From Nemertoderma westbladi (lineage: Eukaryota > Animalia > Xenacoelomorpha): a stretch of DNA of 64,000 bases. Under the pieces are notes generated by a model that was not told the origin of the DNA, did no database searches, and was given only the letters and a program-made list of their open reading frames with translations. Below, in pieces: positions 12,657 through 22,946 of this stretch. The first letter of the stretch is position 1, and each line of letters opens with the position of its first letter. The stretch spans positions 1 through 64,000 of the forward strand of contig JAUCBJ010008400.1 in the NCBI GenBank assembly GCA_032718475.1, given 5' to 3'. The translations under genes and the position numbers were made by a program.

Positions 12657-12879
12657 AATTACATTGAAAATGAGTCTATACTATAATTGGAAATAGCACC
12701 TTTTGTTGCAGCGAGCGTCACATACTGTAGTTGTGTCATATGTTAATTAAATATACAGTACTCTAATATTGTAGTTGCATCAATTATTGTTATATACATA
12801 GTAATGGTGATGGTTTATTGATATTGATATTTATATTATATTATATTGTATTGTTGATATATCTTAATAATAATAATAA

Positions 12880-13587
12880 ATGGCTGACTTTAATTCAGGT
12901 CCATATAATTTAAACTTTCAAATGGGAACGAGTATGATAATTTCTGGCCCATCTGGTTCTGGAAAGTCAACATTTGTTAGCAATTTAATTAAACACAAGA
13001 ATGGTTGTTTCAATGAAGCCCCCTTGCGAGTATTGTATTGTTACAGGAGCAATCCCCCAACTATTCCTGGTATTACTCACCTTTACAAAGGTTTGCCAGA
13101 AAATATAGATAGTTTAGTGAATAGTCGAGATTTATTAATTATAGATGATTTATTAACAGAAACTGAGTCCAGTACAGCTTTAACTGTATTGTTTACTAAG
13201 GTAGCTCATCATTCCAATATATTTATTTGTTTTATAACGCAAAACATGTTTTACGGTGGGAAGCATAACCGCACAAGATCAATTAATAGCCATACTTTAG
13301 TATTAATGAAAAATCCGCGAGACAGTTTATCGGTTTTAAATTTCTTGTTAATTATTAATAATTTAAGTTAATAATTTAAATTGTTACCAGGGAAGACCAA
13401 ATTTTTAGTAGATTCCTATCAAGATGCAACTATTGAACCATTTTCGCATTTCTTAATTGATTTACAACAGGAAACACCCGAACATTTAAGATTTAGATCG
13501 GATATATTTCGTAATCATAATTGTTACATTAAAAATTACATTGACTATAAACGTAGCGAAAATAATAATAATAATAATAATAAATAA
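12880..13587 (+). pseudogene. A32/FtsK-like DNA packaging ATPase, disrupted
   Basis: Walker A GPSGSGKST, Walker B LLIIDD, ITQN. An AT-rich replacement at ~13343-13382 introduces a stop relative to copy B. Confidence 0.9.
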
Positions 13588-13624
13588 TTAATATTTTGTA
13601 ACAATTTTCAATAATGTTGCAACA

Positions 13625-14008
13625 ATGAATAGACTTGTGCAGAAATATCGTAACGAACTGGAATTTCTACGCAGCGCTACCCCTCAACAAAGAACTTATT
13701 TTATTAACCATACCGCGAGTAACGAATTAATATGGCTCATTGTAAATACTGCATTAAATGTTCTAAAAGGTAACGTACAATTGACCCCTCATTCATTTAG
13801 AAATATTCGCCGCTATGAAAAGGTATTGAAATCACTCAACCGTAAAACAAAAAATATATCAAGTTACAGAAAAAAGTTAAGCAATCAATCTGGAGGTATA
13901 CTACCGTTTCTAATACCCTTACTCGGCATTGGTGCGAAACTCGCCGCGAGTGCCGGTGCCGCCGCCGCTGGAGCGGCTATTGCGAAAAAAATTAACCGTG
14001 GATGGTAA
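13625..14008 (+). CDS. Conserved small Maverick virion protein with QSGG followed by a hydrophobic/amphipathic tail
   Basis: ALNVLKGNV..L and QSGGILPFLIPLL; position after the ATPase; intact in both copies. Confidence 0.7.
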   Translation: MNRLVQKYRNELEFLRSATPQQRTYFINHTASNELIWLIVNTALNVLKGNVQLTPHSFRNIRRYEKVLKSLNRKTKNISSYRKKLSNQSGGILPFLIPLLGIGAKLAASAGAAAAGAAIAKKINRGW

Positions 14009-14232
14009 TAATGGTTAAAACAGGAGTAACATTTTGAAAATTATATTTAGTATCGAGTAAACCGTTAGCTACTGATTTAAAACCTCAAGATATACCTAGA
14101 GTAAATACTACAAAAAGAAAACCCTTTAAAACATCAACTTCAAAAAAAATAATAAAAAAATTTCAGCTGTTTTTACGGTGATGCCCTTTATAAGAGATTT
14201 GAATATACATATTACTTGCGGTTGTCGAAAAG

Positions 14233-15321
14233 ATGCCACGCAAGATGAAACCGATTTTAAGCCGAAGCTTAGCCAAAAAACTGTTAAGAATTTATTTAGA
14301 TCCTTCATCCCCTGCGGGTTTTGCAAGTATCGCAAAATTAGCAAAAGCCGCAAACATCAAACCAGCTCAAGCCCAGAAATGGTTGAGCGGGCAAAAGACA
14401 TACTCCCTTCACGCACCACGTAGACATCATTATCCAACATCTAAAATATTTACGGGAGGCTTAAAAGATATATATATGATAGATCTGGTGGATATGCAGC
14501 AATATAAATCGCAAAATAATAATTATAACTATATATTAACATGTATTGATGCCTTTAGCCGGCTTGCTTTTGCCTATGGTATGAAAACAAAAAAGGGTAT
14601 TGAAATTATTAGTATATTGCAAAAAATATTCCAGAAAGGAAAACCAAACAGAATCGCAACTGATCAAGGGTCTGAGTTTCTAAATAAATCTGTAAGGAAA
14701 TATTTAGATACTATTGGTATACAGTATTATGTAATGTATTCTGTGAATAAGGCGGCTATTGTCGAGAGATTCAATAGAACATTAAAAACAAAGATGTTCA
14801 AAATTTTCACGCAACAGGGAAATAATGTTTGGATAAAAATTTTACCAAAGCTCATTTATGCTTATAATAGGTCATATCATAGGACAATACAAATGACACC
14901 CATTGAAGTTAATAAATTTAATGAAACTGAATTAATGAATAGATTATATGGGAAATATAGACAGATTAATCACAAGAAAATAAAATTTAAAGTTGGAGAT
15001 ACAGTACGATTATCTATCGCTCGTACTGCTTTTGCTAAAGGCTATCGAGAACAATGGACACGTGAATTATTTATTATTCATCGGGTCAGATTGGATAGAG
15101 TACCAGCGGTAATGTTCGATATTAAGGACAGCGCTGGAGCTATAATAAATGGCTCATTTTATTCATACGAACTCCAAAAGGTCCACCCGAATAGTAATAT
15201 TTATCTTCCGATTGACAAAAATATTGGCAAACTTAAAGAACGTGTACGCAATGGGAAAAAAGAATATTTAGTCCGATTCATCGGATCCAAGAAACAGTCG
15301 TGGGTACAGCATATTCAATAA
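14233..15321 (+). CDS. Retroviral-type (RVE) integrase with C-terminal chromodomain
   Basis: IDLVDM, LTCIDAFSR, TDQGSEF, VERFNRTLK, YN.SYHRTI.MTP; C-terminal KEYLVRFIG..SWV. Confidence 0.93.
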   Translation: MPRKMKPILSRSLAKKLLRIYLDPSSPAGFASIAKLAKAANIKPAQAQKWLSGQKTYSLHAPRRHHYPTSKIFTGGLKDIYMIDLVDMQQYKSQNNNYNYILTCIDAFSRLAFAYGMKTKKGIEIISILQKIFQKGKPNRIATDQGSEFLNKSVRKYLDTIGIQYYVMYSVNKAAIVERFNRTLKTKMFKIFTQQGNNVWIKILPKLIYAYNRSYHRTIQMTPIEVNKFNETELMNRLYGKYRQINHKKIKFKVGDTVRLSIARTAFAKGYREQWTRELFIIHRVRLDRVPAVMFDIKDSAGAIINGSFYSYELQKVHPNSNIYLPIDKNIGKLKERVRNGKKEYLVRFIGSKKQSWVQHIQ

Positions 15322-15589
15322 GTTTAGGTTTATACTGTATATTAATTCATTTTGGTCACATATGTCCGTAATTAATTAATCAATCAATATTAACTCGAAT
15401 GATATTACTATACTATAGTTCATTCGCTTTAAATAAAGCCAGTAAAATATTGATCCCACGCATATACTGTAGAAGCGAAGCGGGAATGAACGTGGTCACA
15501 GATGTCTATAATCTAACATTATACCGTACTGTACTGTACTGTATGTACAAAGGAGTCAAGTAGAGAGAGCTTAAATAATAATAATAATA

Positions 15590-16462
15590 ATGGCTGTAGA
15601 TACATATATCACTCTACTTTCAGATAGCTCATTAAACACTTACCCCAATAATAACCCTAGCGAGTTTACTGTTGATTTAGCCGAAGAATTATATATTGGT
15701 CCAAACGCTAAAATTGGACTCGCCGAGATACAATACCAAGCAACATATAGTAATATTACTCCTCAAACTCAAATCTCGCTGTCAATCGGGGTAGATGCAA
15801 AAGATGCCAAATTATATAGTTTATTTCCTGGTATGCATAGCTCTATTCAAGTCATTATTGATGATATAAATAAACTGTTTAATTCTGAAGCGAAATATAG
15901 AGATTTCGAATTCATTTTTAATACAAATAATTCTAGAATTAAATTTAAATTTCCTAAAAAGTTGAATGAAATACAATTAAGTCTACGCGGTGATTTAATT
16001 CAAATTCTAGGCTTAAAACCGTTATTGGATCAGAATCATCCGAGTATTCCGAATTGGGATATATACAGTACCACTACAGTGGATGAATTAAGCAATATAG
16101 AACAGCCGATATTAATTTTAAATTATAGTGGACCAAAAATTTCGGAAATTGCGATTTTAGATTTTCCAGCTCCCACAAATATTACTCGTAATAAAGATAC
16201 AATCTTCATATATACCGATATTATTAAGAGCTCATTTGTTGGTGACGCTTTAGCACCGCTCTTAAGAACCTGTCCTTTAACACAATTAAATCGAAAATAT
16301 ATTAATCACGAATACGAGAGCATTTGCTATTACCCGTTGTTGAATAAAAAACTAAAAACAATCTTAATTACTTTACGTGACGGTCAAGGTGAATTAATTA
16401 ATTTCAATGGTGGTCGCACTGTTATAACACTTAAGTTAATACGCAGTGGTGGTGATGGATGA
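15590..16462 (+). CDS. Minor capsid/penton-like protein 1 (Polinton PX type)
   Basis: YITLLSDSSLNTYPNN..FTVDL..IGLAEIQY; C-terminal IFIYTDII...VGD..APLLR...YYPL...ITLRDGQG.LINF..G.TVITL. Confidence 0.8.
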   Translation: MAVDTYITLLSDSSLNTYPNNNPSEFTVDLAEELYIGPNAKIGLAEIQYQATYSNITPQTQISLSIGVDAKDAKLYSLFPGMHSSIQVIIDDINKLFNSEAKYRDFEFIFNTNNSRIKFKFPKKLNEIQLSLRGDLIQILGLKPLLDQNHPSIPNWDIYSTTTVDELSNIEQPILILNYSGPKISEIAILDFPAPTNITRNKDTIFIYTDIIKSSFVGDALAPLLRTCPLTQLNRKYINHEYESICYYPLLNKKLKTILITLRDGQGELINFNGGRTVITLKLIRSGGDG

Positions 16463-17285
16463 GCTCTACGTTAGACTACCAAGTAACTCCTGTCCAATTG
16501 ATTTTCCTCGTAATACTGCTAGTAATTATCAGATCAATTTCCATGGCGCCTTACCTATAAATCCAAACGAAAACTGGGTGGTAGGTATAAAAAGTATATT
16601 TTACTTAGCCACGTTACCGTCCATGTATAACAATGTAGAGAATGTTATTTTATTAAAAAAAGGGAAAAAAAATTTTGAGGATACACTTCCATCCGGTTTG
16701 TTCTACAGTATCAATGACATTATAGATTATTTTAACACTGGGGCGTTGAAAGATAAATTACAAACAGTTGAAAATACTCAGCAAAATAGGTTGCAATTTA
16801 TTTTAGGGAAAACTGTACGAGAGTTATTTATAGGTCAACAATTAGCCTATTATTTTGGAATTACTGAAAATAATCTTGGCTCGAATTTAAATCCAAATTT
16901 TAAAATTATTTTGAAGACGAAAAATAATATAAAGGGTTATTTAATAAAGGTTATCGGAAATGAAGAAAAAGCTTACCAGATGGTATTTTTATGCCCTCAA
17001 CCACCCAATTCTATTCCAGAACCTAAATCGAACATGTACGTGACTACTAATATAATTGAAAATGAATATATTAATGACTTTGGTTTAGCCTTACTTCATC
17101 GTGTCGCAATACCTGATGACGTGAAATATGGTAGTGTAATAAATAAAGAATTTGTCAAGGATACAATTCATTATATCCCTGTAAAAAAATCATATAAGAT
17201 AACATACATTCATATTGAAATAACAGACAAAGAAGGAAAAGATTTGAATTTTGAATACCTTACCTTCAATTACCTTACACTTTAA
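16446..17285 (+). CDS. Minor capsid/penton-like protein 2 (paralog; last residues frameshifted vs copy B)
   Basis: LYVRLPSNS..FPRN..Y..W.VGI; C-terminal MYVTTNII...HYIPV...IEITD..G. Confidence 0.75.
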   Translation: MVVMDELYVRLPSNSCPIDFPRNTASNYQINFHGALPINPNENWVVGIKSIFYLATLPSMYNNVENVILLKKGKKNFEDTLPSGLFYSINDIIDYFNTGALKDKLQTVENTQQNRLQFILGKTVRELFIGQQLAYYFGITENNLGSNLNPNFKIILKTKNNIKGYLIKVIGNEEKAYQMVFLCPQPPNSIPEPKSNMYVTTNIIENEYINDFGLALLHRVAIPDDVKYGSVINKEFVKDTIHYIPVKKSYKITYIHIEITDKEGKDLNFEYLTFNYLTL

Positions 17286-17299
17286 AAAAATAAATTAAA

Positions 17300-17863
17300 A
17301 TGGATTCCGATTTATTTCAAAGATACAGTAAACCCCAATATGGTGGTGCAGACTCTAATCTTGCTGTTTTTAAAGGTGGTAGAAGTACGAGAGGCTCGAC
17401 GCAAGTTCCTGTTTTTCGAGGTGGTTCATATATTGACCCTTACGGACAACAAATTGGTGCATTTGGTCCAAACTTAAAACAATGTCGTTTTCAACGTTAT
17501 CGTAGAGGTATGTTGCAAACAAATCAACACGGGGAAGGTATATTTACAGACGCTTTATCTACATTGAAAAAATTTGGTAAGCCATTAGCAAAAAAAGTGT
17601 TACAAAAAGCTTTACCATTTACCACAAAATTTATGAGACAACACGTAATACCAAAAGGTAAGCGGGTCTTACATCAGCAGGCTAATACGGTTATTAATAA
17701 AGCATTAAATAAAATGAAACCATCCACAAGATCGGTTGTAGAAAAAGTTTATAGAGACTTAAAGCGACCTACTAGACCAATGTCTATGAACATACATCAT
17801 CGACGTAGTAAAAAGAGAAAAATAAAAGGCAAACTGAAATACTGCGAAAAAAGTATTTTTTAA
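17300..17863 (+). CDS. Basic Gly-motif virion protein (core/membrane-active type)
   Basis: QYGG, FKGG, FRGG, QHGEGIF, then an amphipathic helix and an R/K-rich tail; lies between penton and capsid. Confidence 0.65.
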   Translation: MDSDLFQRYSKPQYGGADSNLAVFKGGRSTRGSTQVPVFRGGSYIDPYGQQIGAFGPNLKQCRFQRYRRGMLQTNQHGEGIFTDALSTLKKFGKPLAKKVLQKALPFTTKFMRQHVIPKGKRVLHQQANTVINKALNKMKPSTRSVVEKVYRDLKRPTRPMSMNIHHRRSKKRKIKGKLKYCEKSIF

Positions 17864-17865
17864 TA

Positions 17866-19125
17866 ATGTCAATTATTAAGGAATTAGATTTATTTTCTAC
17901 ACAGCCAATACAGACTGAATTTAAAGCAAAGCATTATGAAACAATTTACCCGGTATCCAATCTCAGAAGTGAGTCTAGGGAAGTCACGTTCCTTGTACCA
18001 AGATCCAATGAATTCTATACGAAACTGCAAGATGCGTTATTAATTACAAAATGTACTGTACGGTGGGATAGACGACTTGAAAACTCCCATATTTATATGT
18101 TGAATTACTCTTCTGGGACTATGTCGAGTGATATTAAAATAGACCTTAATGAGAAGCAGGTTGAAAATAGCAATAACCATTATTTCTACAAGTCGTACTT
18201 ATCCAATTTACTATTTACAACATACGAATCTAAAAATGGGCTACTGGGGGCGGGTGGCTTTCATCAGCCTTTATCCGAACACGGAAATGAAATTGATCCT
18301 GGTGCGCATCCTATTGGCGATGCCTTTAGTAAACAAATGCAATTTGTAAGTGGATTGACAATTGATTTTGATACTGAAACTAAAATAATACAACCCGGGT
18401 ATGATTTAAGAATGCATTTTAGAAAAGTATCAAATTCGTTAATTTTTAAAATCACTCCAAACGCAAACGCTGTGACAAATCTTCGGTTAGAATTAGATGA
18501 AGTAAAGATCCTAATCCCTAGAATGGAGGTTAATCCCGTAATAGAAAGCAGTCACCTAAAAGGTTTAGAGAGTTACGATATTGAATATCAATTCCAAAAA
18601 AAGGAGGTTACAACATTTACTATTCCCGTACAAACCACAAATTACACCCAAACAAACATATTTGATGGTAAAAAACCCAAATTAGTTATTATCGGTTTTA
18701 TAACAAATATTGCATATCCGGGAGAATTAATTAGTAACCCCTTGAAATTTGAACATTTTAACCTTAGACGCGCGGAACTGATTGTAGACGGTCTTCCAGT
18801 AGGTGGTGTAATATACGAGCCTAATTTTACAGATGGAACATACATTTTTGAGTATACTCAATTAATGAAAAACATTAATACATATATTAACGGTTATGGA
18901 GGTAATAATATAGACCATGAAACCTACTTAGGTAATTGCCCACTCATATCCTGGGACCTAACCGCCGACGGCTATGTTAGAGATCCGCAACCATCGATAT
19001 ATACTAACGGCCAATTAAAATTAAGATTTGCCGAACCGTTGGTTGAGACCATAAATGTAATCGTTTTTAATATTTATGATCAATCATTAAGTTTAAATAG
19101 CAGGAAAGAAATACATATCGATTAA
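17866..19125 (+). CDS. Double-jelly-roll major capsid protein (Polinton PY/hexon-like)
   Basis: ELDLFS..PIQT, YFYKSYL..LL, NIF.G..PK.VIIGF, NPLKFEHFNL, WDLT.D, G.LKLRFA.PL; 419 aa. Confidence 0.88.
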   Translation: MSIIKELDLFSTQPIQTEFKAKHYETIYPVSNLRSESREVTFLVPRSNEFYTKLQDALLITKCTVRWDRRLENSHIYMLNYSSGTMSSDIKIDLNEKQVENSNNHYFYKSYLSNLLFTTYESKNGLLGAGGFHQPLSEHGNEIDPGAHPIGDAFSKQMQFVSGLTIDFDTETKIIQPGYDLRMHFRKVSNSLIFKITPNANAVTNLRLELDEVKILIPRMEVNPVIESSHLKGLESYDIEYQFQKKEVTTFTIPVQTTNYTQTNIFDGKKPKLVIIGFITNIAYPGELISNPLKFEHFNLRRAELIVDGLPVGGVIYEPNFTDGTYIFEYTQLMKNINTYINGYGGNNIDHETYLGNCPLISWDLTADGYVRDPQPSIYTNGQLKLRFAEPLVETINVIVFNIYDQSLSLNSRKEIHID

Positions 19126-19127
19126 GT

Positions 19128-19588
19128 ATGTTATCTACAGAGGACCTTGATATGTTTCCAGTGGGTGGTCACTATTTGGGAGCGTTTCCATCTAACAAAT
19201 TACCTAAATTAGATAATAATAATAAACAGAGAGATTATGGGTTAATAGTAAACACCGATAAACAGCATCTACCCGGGGTTCATTGGATTGCTATATATAT
19301 ACGAGATAATGAGGCTGAATTATTTAATTCATTCGGACCAAAATATCCAAACAGATGTATCGAAAAATGGCTTGAGAAAAATTAAGCAAGATGGCGTACT
19401 ACCCGGAAACAATTTCAAGACCCCAGGAGGACCACATGTGGATTATACTGTCTTTATTACTTGGTAAATCGAATTCATACAAACTATCCAATGAGAGCGT
19501 TTACAAATAATGTGGAAATAAATGAAATAATATTACATAAATAAATGGCTTGTAAATTATTATAAAATAAACCAACAAGCGTTGTAAT
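19128..19588 (+). pseudogene. Adenain-type maturation protease with premature stop
   Basis: IVNTD...PG.HWIA; stop at 19383-19385; Q..TTCG follows downstream. Confidence 0.85.
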
Positions 19589-19618
19589 TAATCATTTAAC
19601 TTTTGTTTATCAGATAAA

Positions 19619-20224
19619 ATGGGTAATATTATTTTTGTTGATTTTCAATATTATAAGATAGACAATAAGGGATATCCGGTAGTATTTAAAGAATTTGCTA
19701 TATTCGATTCTAATTACACCAAAACTAATGTAAAGACGTTTTTAATTAAAGGTCCACCTAATATTAAGTTATCAGCATTAGATAAAGCTCATGTAAACAA
19801 TTTACGGGACATGACTTCGCATTTACCTTGGGATTACGGTGACATTTCGCAAGATGACTTTAAAAAGTACATGAAGAGACATTTAAAATATAAAAAAAAT
19901 ATACATGTATTTGGGTTGATGAAGCGGGCAATATTAGTTTCCCAACTTGATGTTCTCGCACCAAATTCGATGGAGAAATTGTGGATATATCAATATCAGC
20001 GATATTACAATTATTTAACCCCCTGTCGCTTCCACGATCAATTTATTACACTAGAAAATAAATGTGCTTTCCACTTAAACACAAGGGATAACTGTCTGCG
20101 GTACTGCTCTGCAAAACGTGTCGGTGGGTTTGAATTGAAACGATTTTTCGTGAGAAAGCGTTTAACTGACACTGATGATAAACAGAAAGAAATAACTGCG
20201 GTGGAAGATGTACTCGTACAGTAG
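19619..20224 (+). CDS. DEDD/DnaQ-like nuclease-fold protein
   Basis: N-terminal IIFVDFQ...FKEFAI, HLPWDYG, C-terminal C..H....C pattern. Glu of the DxE motif is replaced by Gln. Confidence 0.5.
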   Translation: MGNIIFVDFQYYKIDNKGYPVVFKEFAIFDSNYTKTNVKTFLIKGPPNIKLSALDKAHVNNLRDMTSHLPWDYGDISQDDFKKYMKRHLKYKKNIHVFGLMKRAILVSQLDVLAPNSMEKLWIYQYQRYYNYLTPCRFHDQFITLENKCAFHLNTRDNCLRYCSAKRVGGFELKRFFVRKRLTDTDDKQKEITAVEDVLVQ

Positions 20225-20730
20225 GTTTACTCTAAGCATGTAATATGATGGGATAATATAATTGTTTTAATGTCAATAAAAATAATAAAAACATTAAAAT
20301 CTATTTTTTTATATCTCAGTTTGACTGAAGGTGTAGGGCTTAAGTTTACACTCACAAACACACCGTACCTACCGGTAGCCGGCTGTTGTATCAGAGTTTA
20401 ACTACCAGTAGCTGACTTTACACACATACAGACATATAGCAACAACGCTAAACTGTAGAACGGCAGAATGGCACCCCCTTCTAGAGTGCACCGACAGCAG
20501 CCACAGCGCTTTAGCGTTACTTACTAATAATAAAATTAAATTAACTCGACATGGGGGGGTTCGTGAATGCAGCATTAGAGGGGCCCACCTAACAATAGGC
20601 CTACTGGTACCGGCACTGTAGCACTCTTGTAACTGTATACTTGGATAGAGCAAGGGCATGCAGGTTTCTTCGATTTAAGGATTAGGCTATTACACTTGAA
20701 TGCTTCCAATTTTCTGTTTACAACTTTAAT

Positions 20731-20943
20731 TGGTCTAATCTACATTACTGTGGGCTACTACTGTTGCATAGGCAAGCCTATACAGCTATAGTTAACTTTA
20801 TGTGGCCCCCTTTTTCGAATGTTGACTCAATATGGTTGGTCTAATCTACATTACTGTGGGCTACTACTGTTGCATAGGCAAGCCTATACAGCTATAGTTA
20901 ACTTTATGCGGCCTCCTTTTTCGAATGTTGACCCAATATGGTT
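20731..20943. repeat. 106-bp tandem duplication
   Basis: TGGTCTAATCTACATTACTG... starts at both 20731 and 20837. Confidence 0.9.
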
Positions 20944-21272
20944 TACGGTTAACCTTTAGAACTCACACTAGGCGCACCTTCATTCGGTTAGGCATATAGG
21001 CCTAATCACTACTCCTCAACTGAAAGCCGCCTAGCACATTGATACAATAGGTGTGGCTAGCAATATATAAAATTCACCGCGCCCAAGTTCATTCATTCAC
21101 TTAAATGTTGTAGGCCTATAGGCCTATAAAACATAGTTAGTTTATTTATGTATTCGCTTTTTTTTTAATTAGATATAAAATATAAAATATACAATACAAT
21201 ACAAAAACCTACTGATACCGGTAACACACGTGACTAATTATATAGGCCTATGAGTCTACTTGCTGTACGAGT

Positions 21273-21626
21273 CTACTGACGTATTCTCGGATCAGATGGA
21301 AGTAGTCGAGTTGGTGTTGGAACTGGAGCTGCTGCTATATCTTCATGTTCATCCCAGTTATCTCCCCTACTATAATTGTCTAGACTTATCTGATGCGCCG
21401 CTCCAGGTTGTACTCTAATGTTTAAATTGAAGTTTTTATTGGTCGTCAATGTGGTTTGGTAACCTTGGCTGCCGCTGGTTTTATTTTTAATCATTATTGT
21501 TATTTCACCGTTGTTGTTTTTTAAATGTAATTCAGTTACATTTAATGATGTGAAATAAAGGTCGTCTCCATCAACATCAAATTTTAATAAACAGTCGTCG
21601 CTATTTTCAATGAAAGAAAATGCCAT
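21273..21626 (-). CDS. Copy-A-specific orphan ORF, 117 aa
   Basis: ATG-initiated ORF with globular, beta-rich-looking composition in an otherwise non-coding region; absent from copy B. Confidence 0.5.
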   Translation of the reverse strand: MAFSFIENSDDCLLKFDVDGDDLYFTSLNVTELHLKNNNGEITIMIKNKTSGSQGYQTTLTTNKNFNLNIRVQPGAAHQISLDNYSRGDNWDEHEDIAAAPVPTPTRLLPSDPRIRQ

Positions 21627-22394
21627 CTTGGATGTCGGTGTTGGATGTTGGATGTCGGAACGGATGTTGGTTGATTGATAGAGAAGGATTGTCGGAACTG
21701 AAGTTTGTTGAGGTTAGTTTTTTTTTTTTTCAAATATGAAGATAAGTTAGGCCTAGTCTATACCGGTATTTATTTTTTTATTTTACGGTAGGGAAACAAA
21801 ATTATAGTTCACTGTTAGAAAAATTGAGTTTATATATATTTTTGTAGAGGGTCGCAGATGTTTAGATTACAAAATTCTCATAGTTAACAAAATGCACAAC
21901 ATAAACCTTTCCCATGCGGATTAGTTAGCGATATATGCTCTGTTCGTTGTTCTATTCTGAATGTAGGGAGATGCATAGCTGATGTTTTAATAATATGTAC
22001 CGGTATACAGACTAGTAACAGATAGGAGGGCATCGTCTTTGACTATGAATACCAGCACATAGCCCTAATCTTTTCTCACCGAGCTTAGCGTTGCCTGCCG
22101 CACACACATACACTCATAAGTAACAGATGCGCTATTGTAGCTCACTCGTGAGCAGCGATGCTTAGTTAGCTAGCTAGCTAGCTACGGCCGCTGAGTAAAC
22201 TATGCCTACTCGAGTGTTACAAGCAATCGCTCTACTGAAGTTAGTTAGTTAGTTAATTTCCCCCAACTAGTTGTTGATTTTAAAAAAATATTCATAAATT
22301 TTTTCCAGCCAAATTTAATATATATTTTACAGTAAAAATCTCCACCACCAAACAGCAACAACAACAACAACAACAACAATAAATTTCACTCGCA

Positions 22395-22946
22395 CTAATT
22401 ATATTTTACATCAAAAACCCTCGCACCAAACAATAATAAATTATTAACCAGTTTGTTGAATATAGGATAATATATATGAAATTTAAATGGGGAACACATT
22501 AATGTACATTTACCAGTGTAGAAGCAGCAAACAACAACAATATTATTTATTCTGACTTTACAGTTATTGAATATTTCGGGCTCGTATGAAATTTCTAGTT
22601 TAATATTATCAAATATAACATAAAACCCGATATTGTTTATAAGTAACCTATAAATTACGGTATCGATACTAAAAATTTAAGAACACAAATTGATTGATTT
22701 AAAAATCAAATTAATGTTTGTTTTTTCGAATATATGCTTTTTCACTTTATTAAAATTATATTTTCTACCGAGAATTGTTATTCGTCCATTTGTAAACATT
22801 AATATGGTTGCACCAAATACCTTATATATAAACTGATTAGGTTTGAGTACAATTTTACCATTCAATTGATTTTTTAATTCTTTTAAATTAAGTCCATAAA
22901 TGATCTGCTTACAACTTATATTTTTATTTACTATTTGATAATTCAT
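22395..22946 (-). pseudogene. TBP-fold protein, copy A, one internal stop (22677-22679)
   Basis: ILMFTNGRITILG and, after the stop in the same frame, SYEPEIFNNC..CCFYTGKCTL..YYPIF. Its start overlaps the pPolB stop. Confidence 0.75.
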
